From: an uncultured bacterium
Lineage (GTDB): Bacteria > Verrucomicrobiota > Verrucomicrobiia > Limisphaerales > UBA8199
Direction of reading: 5' to 3'
DNA length: 64,000 bases
Assembly: GCA_963749495.1 (NCBI GenBank)
Contig: CAVVMW010000004.1
Span: forward strand, 96,001-160,000
The first letter of the stretch is position 1. The number at the start of each line of letters is the position of its first letter. This document shows positions 52,282 through 61,684 of this stretch, piece by piece. The translations under genes and the position numbers were made by a program. The notes beneath the pieces are model-generated. The model was not told the DNA's origin. It made no database searches and saw only the letters and a program-made list of their open reading frames with translations.

Positions 52282-53932
52282 GTGGACTATGCTGGTTTCG
52301 GAATGTCTTTACCGGTCGAAAAATCGCCTTTCAGCCTGAACAACTTGCCGGAGATCTTTGTTTCCAGCAAAGCGATGAGTTCTGCCATATCCAAAGCCGT
52401 CAAAGCTGGGCGACTGCGCAAAATTGGGTCTCGTCTTTACACCAAGAACATGACGGAGGCTCCGGAGCGGATTGTCAGAAGAAACTGGCACGCCCTGCTC
52501 AAGGATTATTTTCCGGATGCGCTAGTTTCCGACCGGACGGCGCTGGAAAACCGTCCAGGTGCAGATGGCTCGGTTTTCATCATCTCTTCTGGAACACGAA
52601 TAGTGGTTTTGCCTGGCATCACGTTCAGGCCACGCAAGGGGCACCCACCTTTGGAGAGTGATCACCCCTTCTTGGGCGATATCCGGCTATGTTCCGCGCC
52701 ACGTGCCTGGTTGGAGAACATGCGAAGATCGCGCATACGCGGCGCGGAGGTTGCGCGGACATCATCGAAGGCGGAACTGGAGGAGCGCCTCGACCGCTTC
52801 CTGCGTCAAGGTGGTGAGGAGGCGCTGAACAGGTTGAGGGATGATGCGCGCGACATCAGCCAGCAACTCGGCATGGCGGAAGAATTCCGTTTGCTCGACG
52901 AACTAATCGGCACATTTCTCGGCACACGGGAAGCCAAGCTGGAAACTGCCGTGGGGCAGGCTCGGAAAAGAGGCTTGCCTTACGATCCGGACCGGCTGGA
53001 ATTGTTCAAGTCGCTTTTTGAGGAGTTGCGAGCCAGAGCCTCCGGTTACAAGACCGGCGGGAAACATGGTTGATTCAGCTAGCGAGGCTGGGCCTCAGAC
53101 CGTGGCTCGGGCATCCTGCCCAAGCCCCCACGGGCAGGATGCCCGTGCCACAAACTTGACCTGTCTGCATCACGTTTTTAAATTCAAGGACTCTAGAACG
53201 AATCTCGCCTTCTTTGAGGCGTATTTCTCCAACTATATTGAGGGCACCGAATTCCCCGTCGAAGAAGCCATAGACATCGTCTTCAGCGGGGTTATTCCTC
53301 GAGATCGTCCAGTTGATGCGCACGATATTCTGGGGACCCATCGGATTGTTTCCGATTCCAAGCAGATGGCACGCACGCCTCGCGATTTCGAGGACTTCAT
53401 CTCGGTTCTGAAGAGTCGCCATGCCGCATTCATGGGAATGCGGCATGACAAAATGCCGGGCCAGTTTAAGTCCAGAGACAACCGGGCGGGCAACACGTTC
53501 TTCGTTGCGCCCGACTTGGTAATGGGAACCTTGGAAAAGGGTTTTGAGGTTTACCGGGGGATCGAACCCCCTCTCCATCGGGCCATCTACATGATGTTTC
53601 TCGTTAGCGAAGTGCACCCCTTTGTGGACGGCAATGGTCGTGCCGCGCGGATCATGATGAATGCTGAACTGGTGGCGGAAGAGGAACAAAAGATCATCAT
53701 CCCTACCGTGTACCGGAACAATTATGTCAGTGCCCAAAAAGCACTTTCTCAATGCGGCAAAAGCACCCCCATAATCCAAGTGCTTGATTTTGCCCAGAGA
53801 TACACCGCCGCGATCCGGTGGGAAGATTTCGAGAGGGCCAGAGCGGATTTGCAGGCTACAAATGCATTCATGGACGCAAACGAAGCGGAAGACAAGGGGA
53901 TTCGGCTTATTCTGCCGAAGGACGCAGGCTGA
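52282..53932 (+). CDS. Fic-domain protein (frameshift near 53035; 38-codon in-frame insertion)
   Basis: HPFVDGNGRAAR Fic motif, FSNYIEG inhibitory-type motif, N-terminal wHTH-like region; lower GC than neighbours. Confidence 0.88.
53079..53196. mobile_element. 114-bp insertion with CTAG direct repeats and a REP-like hairpin
   Basis: CTAG at 53079-53082 and 53193-53196; inner gtggctcgggcatcctgccc / gggcaggatgcccgtgccac; removal gives GAT TCA GCT AGA ACG AAT (DSARTN). Confidence 0.75.
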
Positions 53933-54126
53933 TCGCGAATGCCTCAGGCATCCATGCCGACGCCGGGTTGAGGGCGTGGTCGCCGCCCGAGGCCAGGCCC
54001 CAATTGTGCAGCCAGGCAAAGCGGCCCAGTGAGTCGTGCGAGCGTTGTCACGTTGCACTCGTCCGTTAACTCCGGGCCGGCGGCCCCCAATTGTCACCGG
54101 CCTGCCCGGCCACCCGGCAACCTAAT

Positions 54127-57100
54127 TTAAGGAAGCCTGACGCGATAGAACTGGGCCGTGCCGGCCGGGGTCACCGTCATGGGGTTGGTCGTTCCCACGT
54201 CGGTCCAGACGGTCCCGCTGGCTTTCAGGACGGGCGTGGACTGGAGCGTTCCAGCGCCTTGCCAACTGATAGTGAGCTTGCCGCCGGCGGCGGGGGTGAT
54301 GGTGAGAGCGGGACGAGGCTGTTGGCCAATCCCCGCATAGAGGTTCTGCACCTGCTGCGGGCTTAACGTGTAGTTGAACATCGCCACTTCATCGATGATT
54401 CCGGCGAACACACGCGCGACACCTCCATCATCGCCGATGGTAGCGGTGCCGCCCCATGCCTCGACAGAGTGCGCGATCGCGTTTGTGGCAGTTTTCATGC
54501 CATTGGTGTTGGCGAGGTAGAGAATCGCCTGGGTCGGCGCGATGGTTACGGCCACAAAGGACCACTGGTTCTCAGGGATAACCAGGCCGGACACGTAACT
54601 ATAGGTCGAGTTGTTATTCCAGGTATAGCTCAACATGCCCTGATCATTGTAGCCAACGCCCTCGCCGTCGCCACTGCGGTTCATGAACAGGCCGGCCCAG
54701 GCGATCTGGGCTCCGTCAGGATAGACCCACATGGTGAACGTGGCCGTGTTGGCATTGAGCGCCGGCTGGGGCGCGGTCACCCAGGACTGGTCCGTGCCGG
54801 ACATGCACTGCAGGGCGGTATTGTTCGTCTCGAAGATGGCAAAACCATCAGAAGGACGCGGCCCGGCGATGCCGTTGAAGCCATTCTCGGCGGCGGCGAG
54901 GTAAGTGCCGTCAAAGCCGCCGACAAAATCGTAGGCGACCACGCCGCCGGCGGATGGGTCCGCGGTCTCGTTAAGGCGCCAGTAAGCAATGGGATTTGCC
55001 GACAAGACGGCCTTCTCGTAGGCCGCCGCGCCGCGCGCCTGGACGGTCAAGGTCGCCACGCTGCTGGTGACCGAGCCCAGGGAGTTGGTGACCACCAGCG
55101 TATAATTGCCCGCGTCGGCGGCTGTGATATTGCTCAGGGCCAGGGTATTGGTCTTGGCGCCGGAAACGTTGCCGCCATCCGCCAACGCCACGCTGCCCTT
55201 GAACCACTGATAGGAGAGCGGCGAGCTGCCTTGGACCATGCTCGTGAACGTCGCCGTCAACCCGGAATAGAGCGCCGAAGAGGCCGGCTGCACAAGGATA
55301 CCCAGCGGCGCAGCCATGGTCTTGCCCAGCGCGGCTCCATACAACGCGCTGATTTGGTCGGCGCTCAGGGCTTTGTCGAACATGGCCACTTCGTCAATCA
55401 CGCCGTCAAAGATCCTGGCGATGGTCCCATAGTCGCAGCCGATCTGTGCGTTCAGACCCCAGCCCGACTCAACGTCGTGCGCAACCACGTTGACGACATC
55501 GGTCAAAACACCACCGCTGCCCATATAGAGCGTGCCCCAGGTCGGTTCGATCACCAGCGCCACCATTGACCATTGGTTGGCCGGGGGCGTCAGACCCGAT
55601 AGAAAGGTAAGCGTGCCATCCAAATTCCAGTGGTAACCTAATTGTCCGCCCGTGTTGAAAGAAAGTCCGGGTGGAGTCCAGTCGCGGGCGACTAGAAAGA
55701 GCCCGGCGTAGTCGGGTTCCGTGTCAACGGCGGGGTTGATCCAGACAATAAAAGTCGCGGCGTTGCTGCTGAGCGAGGGCGTGGGCACGACCACCCAGGA
55801 CGGGTTGATGCCGTCACCGGTGGTCTGCGCGGCCGTGTTGTTGGCCTCGAAGCCCGGGAAGGCCGGGGAGGAGGGGCCGTGGATGGTACTGCCCCAGACG
55901 GTGGCGGATTCATAGTTGCCCATCATGTCGCCCATGAGATCCACCGCGTTGGTTTGGCTGGCGCTCTCGTTCAGGCGCCAATACACGGCCGGGCCGTTGG
56001 TATAGACGGCGTTGGCGTAGCTGCCTAGCGTGGGCGCCGCAAGCACCGTCAGTGTCGCCACCGCGCTGGTGGCACTTCCCGCAGGGTTGGAAGCCACCAC
56101 CCGGTAATCTCCGGCGTTGGTTGTGCTCAGACTGCTGAGGACCAAGACGGCGTTGGTCGCGCCGCTGACCGTAGCGCTATTGGCCAAGTCGGTGAATGCA
56201 CTGCTGCCGGCGGGTTGCACCTGCCATTGGAGAGTGGGCGCCGGCGCCCCGCTGACCCCGGCGGTGAAGTGGACCGTGCGCCCCGCATACACCGTCTTGG
56301 GGGCCGGGGGCTGGCTGATCGCGGGAGGGATGGCGTTGATGCCCAAGCCGGCGGCGAACAGCGCGGCGATTTCGCTGCTGGACAATGTGTGCATGAACAC
56401 CGCCACCTCGTCCATAGACCCGACGAAATTGCGGCTGCCGTCGGTGAAATCCTGACAGATGCGCCAGAGGCCCGTGCCGAGGCCCTGGCTGAGTTGGGCG
56501 GTGGCGTTGACGCTGGACAGGTAGTTGGTTTGGCCCGTCGTGGCATCGATGTAATCCAGGTACATGGTGGCCTTGGCCGGCTCGATGGCCACCGCCACGA
56601 AGGACCATTGGTTCTGGGGGACGACCAGGCCGGAGTCGAAGCTCCAAGTGGAGTTGCCGTTCCAGGTATAGGCCAGCATGCCCTTGTCATTGAATCCAAT
56701 GCCCCCCTCCTCCGGTCCGCCGCGCGACATCAGTATGCCAGTCCAACTGATTTGCGCTCCGGAGGGATAAAGCCACGCCGTGAACGTGACGGCGTTCGTG
56801 CCCACGTTGCCCACAGGCACGGCCACATACGAATTGACGTCGCTGGCAGTACCTGTAACCGCGAAGTTGTTGGCCTCAAAACCGGGAAAAGCCGGCGGCC
56901 GCGGGCCTTGAATGCTGGTGAAGCCGTTCTGGATGTCTGTGCCGTAGGTGCCATCGAGATGGTTCGTGGACGAGTTGACGGCGACTAGAGTGCCAGTGGA
57001 AGGGTCCGCGGTCTCATTGAGCCGCCAGTAACCCCACGGGTTGTCGGCCAATACCTTGGCCGCGTAGGAGGCCGGCGCCTGGGCCAGGACTGGCTGAACC

Positions 57101-57162
57101 CATGGAACTGCCAGCGCCAATGCGGCCAAGGCCGCGACGGCTGGCAGCCGGTTGAGCTTCAT
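54127..57162 (-). CDS. Secreted protein with 3 LamG-like and 2 Ig-like domains and a C-terminal FYR motif (start may be 57231)
   Basis: Signal peptide; three YWRLNE...G.IDEVAMF units; two Ig-like units (QW/Y..V..N..GS.TS..ATLTV); terminal TAQFYRVRLP. Confidence 0.88.
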   Translation of the reverse strand: MKLNRLPAVAALAALALAVPWVQPVLAQAPASYAAKVLADNPWGYWRLNETADPSTGTLVAVNSSTNHLDGTYGTDIQNGFTSIQGPRPPAFPGFEANNFAVTGTASDVNSYVAVPVGNVGTNAVTFTAWLYPSGAQISWTGILMSRGGPEEGGIGFNDKGMLAYTWNGNSTWSFDSGLVVPQNQWSFVAVAIEPAKATMYLDYIDATTGQTNYLSSVNATAQLSQGLGTGLWRICQDFTDGSRNFVGSMDEVAVFMHTLSSSEIAALFAAGLGINAIPPAISQPPAPKTVYAGRTVHFTAGVSGAPAPTLQWQVQPAGSSAFTDLANSATVSGATNAVLVLSSLSTTNAGDYRVVASNPAGSATSAVATLTVLAAPTLGSYANAVYTNGPAVYWRLNESASQTNAVDLMGDMMGNYESATVWGSTIHGPSSPAFPGFEANNTAAQTTGDGINPSWVVVPTPSLSSNAATFIVWINPAVDTEPDYAGLFLVARDWTPPGLSFNTGGQLGYHWNLDGTLTFLSGLTPPANQWSMVALVIEPTWGTLYMGSGGVLTDVVNVVAHDVESGWGLNAQIGCDYGTIARIFDGVIDEVAMFDKALSADQISALYGAALGKTMAAPLGILVQPASSALYSGLTATFTSMVQGSSPLSYQWFKGSVALADGGNVSGAKTNTLALSNITAADAGNYTLVVTNSLGSVTSSVATLTVQARGAAAYEKAVLSANPIAYWRLNETADPSAGGVVAYDFVGGFDGTYLAAAENGFNGIAGPRPSDGFAIFETNNTALQCMSGTDQSWVTAPQPALNANTATFTMWVYPDGAQIAWAGLFMNRSGDGEGVGYNDQGMLSYTWNNNSTYSYVSGLVIPENQWSFVAVTIAPTQAILYLANTNGMKTATNAIAHSVEAWGGTATIGDDGGVARVFAGIIDEVAMFNYTLSPQQVQNLYAGIGQQPRPALTITPAAGGKLTISWQGAGTLQSTPVLKASGTVWTDVGTTNPMTVTPAGTAQFYRVRLP

Positions 57163-57512
57163 GCGTCGGCTCCGAGGCCAACGCCACATCTGAGTTAAAA
57201 CGTGATCTCGCATCTGGCTGTTGGTTTGCATATTTAGGTTAGTTTTGGTTAACGGTCCGGTCATTCATACTTTTCTGCCTGTCTGCTCCAGGTTCACCCG
57301 CATCTGAGCCGAACGCCCGCCCATAACGGCAACGGCCCGCATTTGGGTTTAATCCGAGCCGCTATACCAACCGGTACGGAGAGATGTCAAGACTCTTCTT
57401 TGTCTTGTTTGCCGCTCATCATTTTTCTGCCCCCATTTTTCTGCCTTCGCTTTTCTGCCGGTCCGTCGAGAACTGGCTCACCAATCCATCAATCCACCAA
57501 TCCATCGATCCC

Positions 57513-58226
57513 TCAACCCACTAATCCTGCCGGTGGGGGCGGGCGGTATTCCTCGCGCAGGAGTGCATAGCACGCCAGGTTCACCCACTGGCCGTCGAAG
57601 AGCTTGCTCTTGACGAACTCGCCCTCGCGCCGCAGGCCCGCCTTTTCACAGAGTTTGCAGGCGGCAGTGTTCAGGGCCAGAGGCCAGGCGGTGACGCGGT
57701 GCAGCTTGACGCCTTCAAAGCAAAAGCCCAGCACCGCCTCCACGGCCTCCAGGGCGAAGCCCTTTGCCTGGAAGGCCCGGTTCAGGACCACCTGGAGGGA
57801 GGCCTGGAGGGGCTCGTTGACGCTCAGGCTGACATGGCCGATGAGCTTGGCGGTCTGCTGCACCTGGATGCCGAGGCAAAAGGCCTGGTCGGGTGTGGTC
57901 CATTTGACTTGGCTTTCGCGCTCCAGCCAGCGCAACACGTCGTCCTCCTCCAGCGGCCTGCCGTCCATCCACCGGTAGATCTCCTCATCGGAGAGACACT
58001 CCAGCAAGTCCTGCCAGTCGCCCGCCGCGAAGCGCCTCAGGACCAGCCTCGAGGTCGTGAGGGGCAGGGGGAGCTTTCGTCCCTCGCCGCTGCCGTCCTC
58101 CGGCACGATCACACTCTGGGTGCAGCCGGGGCAGGCCTGCGCGTGGCCTGCCGTGTCGCCAGGAAACGAAATCGTTTCTCCACAATAGGGGCACTTGAAA
58201 TCTATGAAACTCTCTTCCGTAATCAT
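57513..58226 (-). CDS. RimJ/RimL-type GNAT acetyltransferase with an N-terminal Zn ribbon
   Basis: CPYCG...CPGC, LTTSRLVLRRF, KGFALEA, N.A..KL.EK.G.RREG. Confidence 0.85.
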   Translation of the reverse strand: MITEESFIDFKCPYCGETISFPGDTAGHAQACPGCTQSVIVPEDGSGEGRKLPLPLTTSRLVLRRFAAGDWQDLLECLSDEEIYRWMDGRPLEEDDVLRWLERESQVKWTTPDQAFCLGIQVQQTAKLIGHVSLSVNEPLQASLQVVLNRAFQAKGFALEAVEAVLGFCFEGVKLHRVTAWPLALNTAACKLCEKAGLRREGEFVKSKLFDGQWVNLACYALLREEYRPPPPAGLVG

Positions 58227-58429
58227 AAATCATCGTTGCTCGCGCGCGCCAATCTAGCGGGGTGCCCGCCAAATAGCCATGGATTTTTGTGCTTGAAGTC
58301 AGGCATTGCCCTGGTACAATCCGGCCCTGTGTTCGCCGTGCATGTACAATTAGAAGCCGGTTGGCGTGTGGCGCGCTGCCGGTGCCGGGGATTGTCCTTT
58401 GAGCCGCGTGCGAGGGCGGCAGCCTGACT

Positions 58430-59713
58430 ATGATTGCTCCCGGACCCCTAGAGCTCGATGCCAGGCAGGACCCCCCGGCGGCGGCCCCGGTCCACAAAGG
58501 GACGCTCCTGGTGGTGGACGACGAAGAAGGGCCGCGCCAATCGCTGCACGTGATTTTCAAGGACGAGTACCAGGTGTGGATGGCCCCGGACGGCGCCACG
58601 GCGGTCGAGTTGGCCCAGCGCCACCGGATCGACGTGGCGGTCCTGGACATCCGCATGGCCGGCATGTCGGGCATCGAGGTGCTCGAGCGCCTTAAATACG
58701 TCGATCCCGGCATCGAGGTGGTGATGATGACCGCCTTCGAGACGGCCGAGACCCTGCGGCAGGCCCTGCGGCTGCGCGCCTGCGATTACATCAACAAGCC
58801 CTTCGACATCTCCACCATGCGCGCCGCCGTGGCCCGCGCCATGCAGCGGCGCTCGCTGGAGAGCGAAATCCACAGCAACGCGCAAAAACTGCAGCAGCTC
58901 CTGGCCGAGCTGCAGGACCACAAGATCGACGAGGAGATCTCACAAGCCCGCGGCGAGATTTACGCCAGCATCATCCATGACATTAACGGCCCGCTGACGA
59001 TCATCTCCGGGTTCATCCAGCTCATCAGCCAGCGCATCGGCGACTCGACCCGGCTGGAGGTCGAGGACCTGCGGTTCATCCGGGAGCGCCTCAAGGTGAT
59101 CACCCGCCAGGTCACCAACTGCATCGAGATCTCAAGGCGCTACCTGAGCTTCCTGCGGCGGCAGGCGGAGGAGAGCCCGCGCGTCGGGGTCAACCAACTC
59201 CTCTGCGACCTGGCCCAACTGCTGCGCCTCCACCCGAGCCTTCTGGCCAACGAACTGGCCGTGCACCCGCTCCCCGAGGACGCGGGCGTGCAAGTCCATA
59301 GCACCGATTTCGTCCAGGTCCTGCTCAACCTGGCGGTCAATGGCTTGCAGTGCGCGCCCCAGCAGCACCTGGTCGAGATCCAGGGCAAGATCCTCTCCCA
59401 ACCCCTGGACCTGGCCGCCCAAAAGGATGGCCCCCAGGATTGCTTCCTCAACGCCGAGCACTTCAACAACTCGCCCCCGCTCCTGGCCTTGTCCGTCCGC
59501 GATACCGGACCGGGCATCGCCCCGGAGATCCTCGGCAGGATTTTCCAGCCTTTCTTCACTACCAAAGGCCCGCAGCGGGGCACCGGGCTGGGGCTGAACA
59601 TCGTCCTGCGGCTCATCAAGGCCGCCAAGGGCGCCCTGCACGTCCACACCCAGGCCGGCGTCGGCACGACCTTCACCGTCTTCCTCCACACGGTGCCCCC
59701 GCCGGGGAAATAG
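58430..59713 (+). CDS. Hybrid response regulator / histidine kinase
   Basis: REC domain (VVDDE, LDIRM, KPF), H-box HDINGPL, NLAVN, DTGPG, FFTTK, GTGLGL. Confidence 0.92.
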   Translation: MIAPGPLELDARQDPPAAAPVHKGTLLVVDDEEGPRQSLHVIFKDEYQVWMAPDGATAVELAQRHRIDVAVLDIRMAGMSGIEVLERLKYVDPGIEVVMMTAFETAETLRQALRLRACDYINKPFDISTMRAAVARAMQRRSLESEIHSNAQKLQQLLAELQDHKIDEEISQARGEIYASIIHDINGPLTIISGFIQLISQRIGDSTRLEVEDLRFIRERLKVITRQVTNCIEISRRYLSFLRRQAEESPRVGVNQLLCDLAQLLRLHPSLLANELAVHPLPEDAGVQVHSTDFVQVLLNLAVNGLQCAPQQHLVEIQGKILSQPLDLAAQKDGPQDCFLNAEHFNNSPPLLALSVRDTGPGIAPEILGRIFQPFFTTKGPQRGTGLGLNIVLRLIKAAKGALHVHTQAGVGTTFTVFLHTVPPPGK

Positions 59714-59798
59714 CTCTGCCAGGGAACACTTGTTCGGCCTGGGAGATGGTGATAGTCTGGCTGTATGACGAGCTCACGGATCTTCTAACTGAACTGTT

Positions 59799-60892
59799 AT
59801 GCCTGCGGAACACCTGGGCGACATCCAGGGTGAATCTGATTCCGACCTTGCCGCCGCATTGCGCGATTGTCTCCGGTTCGGCGCCCTCGTCATCGATGTC
59901 GGCCAGGGCACCGCCACGCTCGCCGGCCAGGCCGCCCGAATCCTTGGGCTGGAGCCTGTTGCGGGACCTTGCTATCCTTTGGCTGCCCTGCCCGCGTCCA
60001 TCCGGCAGGTCCTCGGCGAAATCGGCTCGGCCAGATCGCCGCCCGCTCGGCGGCAAATCGAGATGGAGAGGCTGGGGGCGGGCGCCGTCAAGGTCCGCTT
60101 GGAGGTGCTCCAGTTCGAGCCCGGCGCGCCCAGCGGCCCGGTCGTGGTCCTGATCAATGAGGCCGGGCCGGCCGCAGAACTGGAGCGCAAGCTCTGCCAG
60201 TTCGAGCGCCTGGCCAACCTGGGCACTCTCTCAGCCAGCGTGGCCCATGAAATCAGGAATGCCCTGGTTGCCGTGCGGACCTTCACCGACCTGCTCATCG
60301 AGAAAGACCCGGAGACCGAGATGGCACTGCTGGTCCGGCGCGAGATCCAGCGGATCGACTCGATCGTGGGGCGCATGCTGAGGTTCTCGGCCCGGCCCGC
60401 CCGGTTGCCGCCACGGTGAGCCTGCACGAGGCGCTGGAACACTGCCTGCGCCTGATCCAACCGCAACTGGAGGCCAAGTCCATCGGGGTCGTTCGCCGGT
60501 TCGAGGCGAGCGCCGACCGGGTGCAGGGGGACGACAACCAATTGCAGCAGGCCTTCCTGAACCTGTTCCTCAATGCCATGGACGCCATGTCGCCCGGTGG
60601 CACCCTCACGGTCAGCACCCGCTCGCTGGCGCCCGCCGCGGCCCCTGGCCTCACCCTGCACGATCAGGGCTCGCCACGCATCGGCATCACCGTCCAGGAC
60701 ACCGGCATGGGCATCGCTCCGGAAGACCTTGCCCGCATATTCGAACCCTTTTTCACCAGCAAGCCAAACGGCACCGGCCTGGGCCTCTCCATCACCCGGC
60801 GGATCATCCACGCCCATCATGGCGAGATCTCCGTCCAGAGCCAGCCCGGCCAGGGCACGGTCGTGAGCCTCACCCTCCCTGCGGCGGCCTGA
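59799..60892 (+). CDS. Sensor histidine kinase with a PAS-like N-terminus (frameshift near 60400)
   Basis: AHEIRNAL in the first ORF; NLFLNA, DTGMG, FFTSK and GTGLGL in the second ORF. Confidence 0.85.
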
Positions 60893-60897
60893 TGCGC

Positions 60898-61010
60898 AAT
60901 GACGAATGGACCCAGTGCGGAGTGCGGAGTGCGGAGTGCGGAGTGTTGCGGTGGGAATGTTGGGTCTGGATTGCGGCGCGGGGAATGACGAATGCCCAAT
61001 GACGAATGAA
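60898..61010. repeat. Heptamer arrays (gagtgcg)n and (gaatgac)n
   Basis: Visible directly; the ATG of the next gene lies within the last unit. Confidence 0.85.
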
Positions 61011-61539
61011 CCTGGAACTCTTCGAGCGGATGCAGGCTGAAGACCTGCGCGGCTACATTGCCTTCTTCCTGAAGCACTACCGCCAGGTGGATGCCTTCTG
61101 GTTCCTCCATGTGGCGGAAAAGTATGGGCAGGAAGCGGCGGAGAAGCTCAACGAACAGGTCTGGGGGCGGGTGGGCGGGCTTGCGGCCAAAGACATCGTG
61201 GCCCGATTCGGCATCCAGGAGAAGGGATTGCGCGGTTTCCTGCGGGCTTTGCGATATTTTCCCTGGACTGCCATAGTGGGCTACCGGATCGAAGAGCGGC
61301 CCGATGAGGTCATCCTCTCGGTCCCCGTATGCCCGGTCCAGGAGGCCCGGCTCAAGCACGGCCTGGCCGAATATGCCTGCCGCGCCATGCACGAGGCGGA
61401 GTTTGCCAGCTTCGCGCGGGTCATCGATGAGGGCATCCGCGTCGAGTGCCGCTTCGCCCCGCCTGGCCCGCACCCGCCCGACATGCATTGCCAGTGGCGG
61501 TTCTCTACCCGAGAGCCTGTCACAAAAGCTCCGATTTAA
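61006..61539 (+). CDS. DUF6125-like protein (V4R/heme-NO-binding-like, Cys-containing)
   Basis: VDAFWF, CPVQEAR, C...H..EF..FA..ID, C.FAPP.PHP...HCQW.F. Confidence 0.65.
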   Translation: MNLELFERMQAEDLRGYIAFFLKHYRQVDAFWFLHVAEKYGQEAAEKLNEQVWGRVGGLAAKDIVARFGIQEKGLRGFLRALRYFPWTAIVGYRIEERPDEVILSVPVCPVQEARLKHGLAEYACRAMHEAEFASFARVIDEGIRVECRFAPPGPHPPDMHCQWRFSTREPVTKAPI

Positions 61540-61540
61540 G

Positions 61541-61657
61541 GCCTTTGCCGCAACCTTTGTCGTCAACTTTGTCGCAGCCTTTGTCGCGACCTTTGTCGCA
61601 ACCTTGTCGAATCGGCGGTTTTTCGACAAAGGTTCCGACAAAGGTTGCGACAAAGGT
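61541..61657. repeat. Inverted 12-bp tandem array between convergent genes
   Basis: (ctttgtcgcaac)-like x~6, then (cgacaaaggtt)-like x3. Confidence 0.88.
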
Positions 61658-61684
61658 CTGGCACCGGAGTTTCAGGGAGAGGCA

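Noticed and set aside
43810..54000. Prophage or ICE
   Set aside because: No integrase, phage structural or conjugation genes seen.
50897..57471. Integron attC array
   Set aside because: No clear RYYYAAC/GTTRRRY boxes or attC-like dyad, and no integron integrase.
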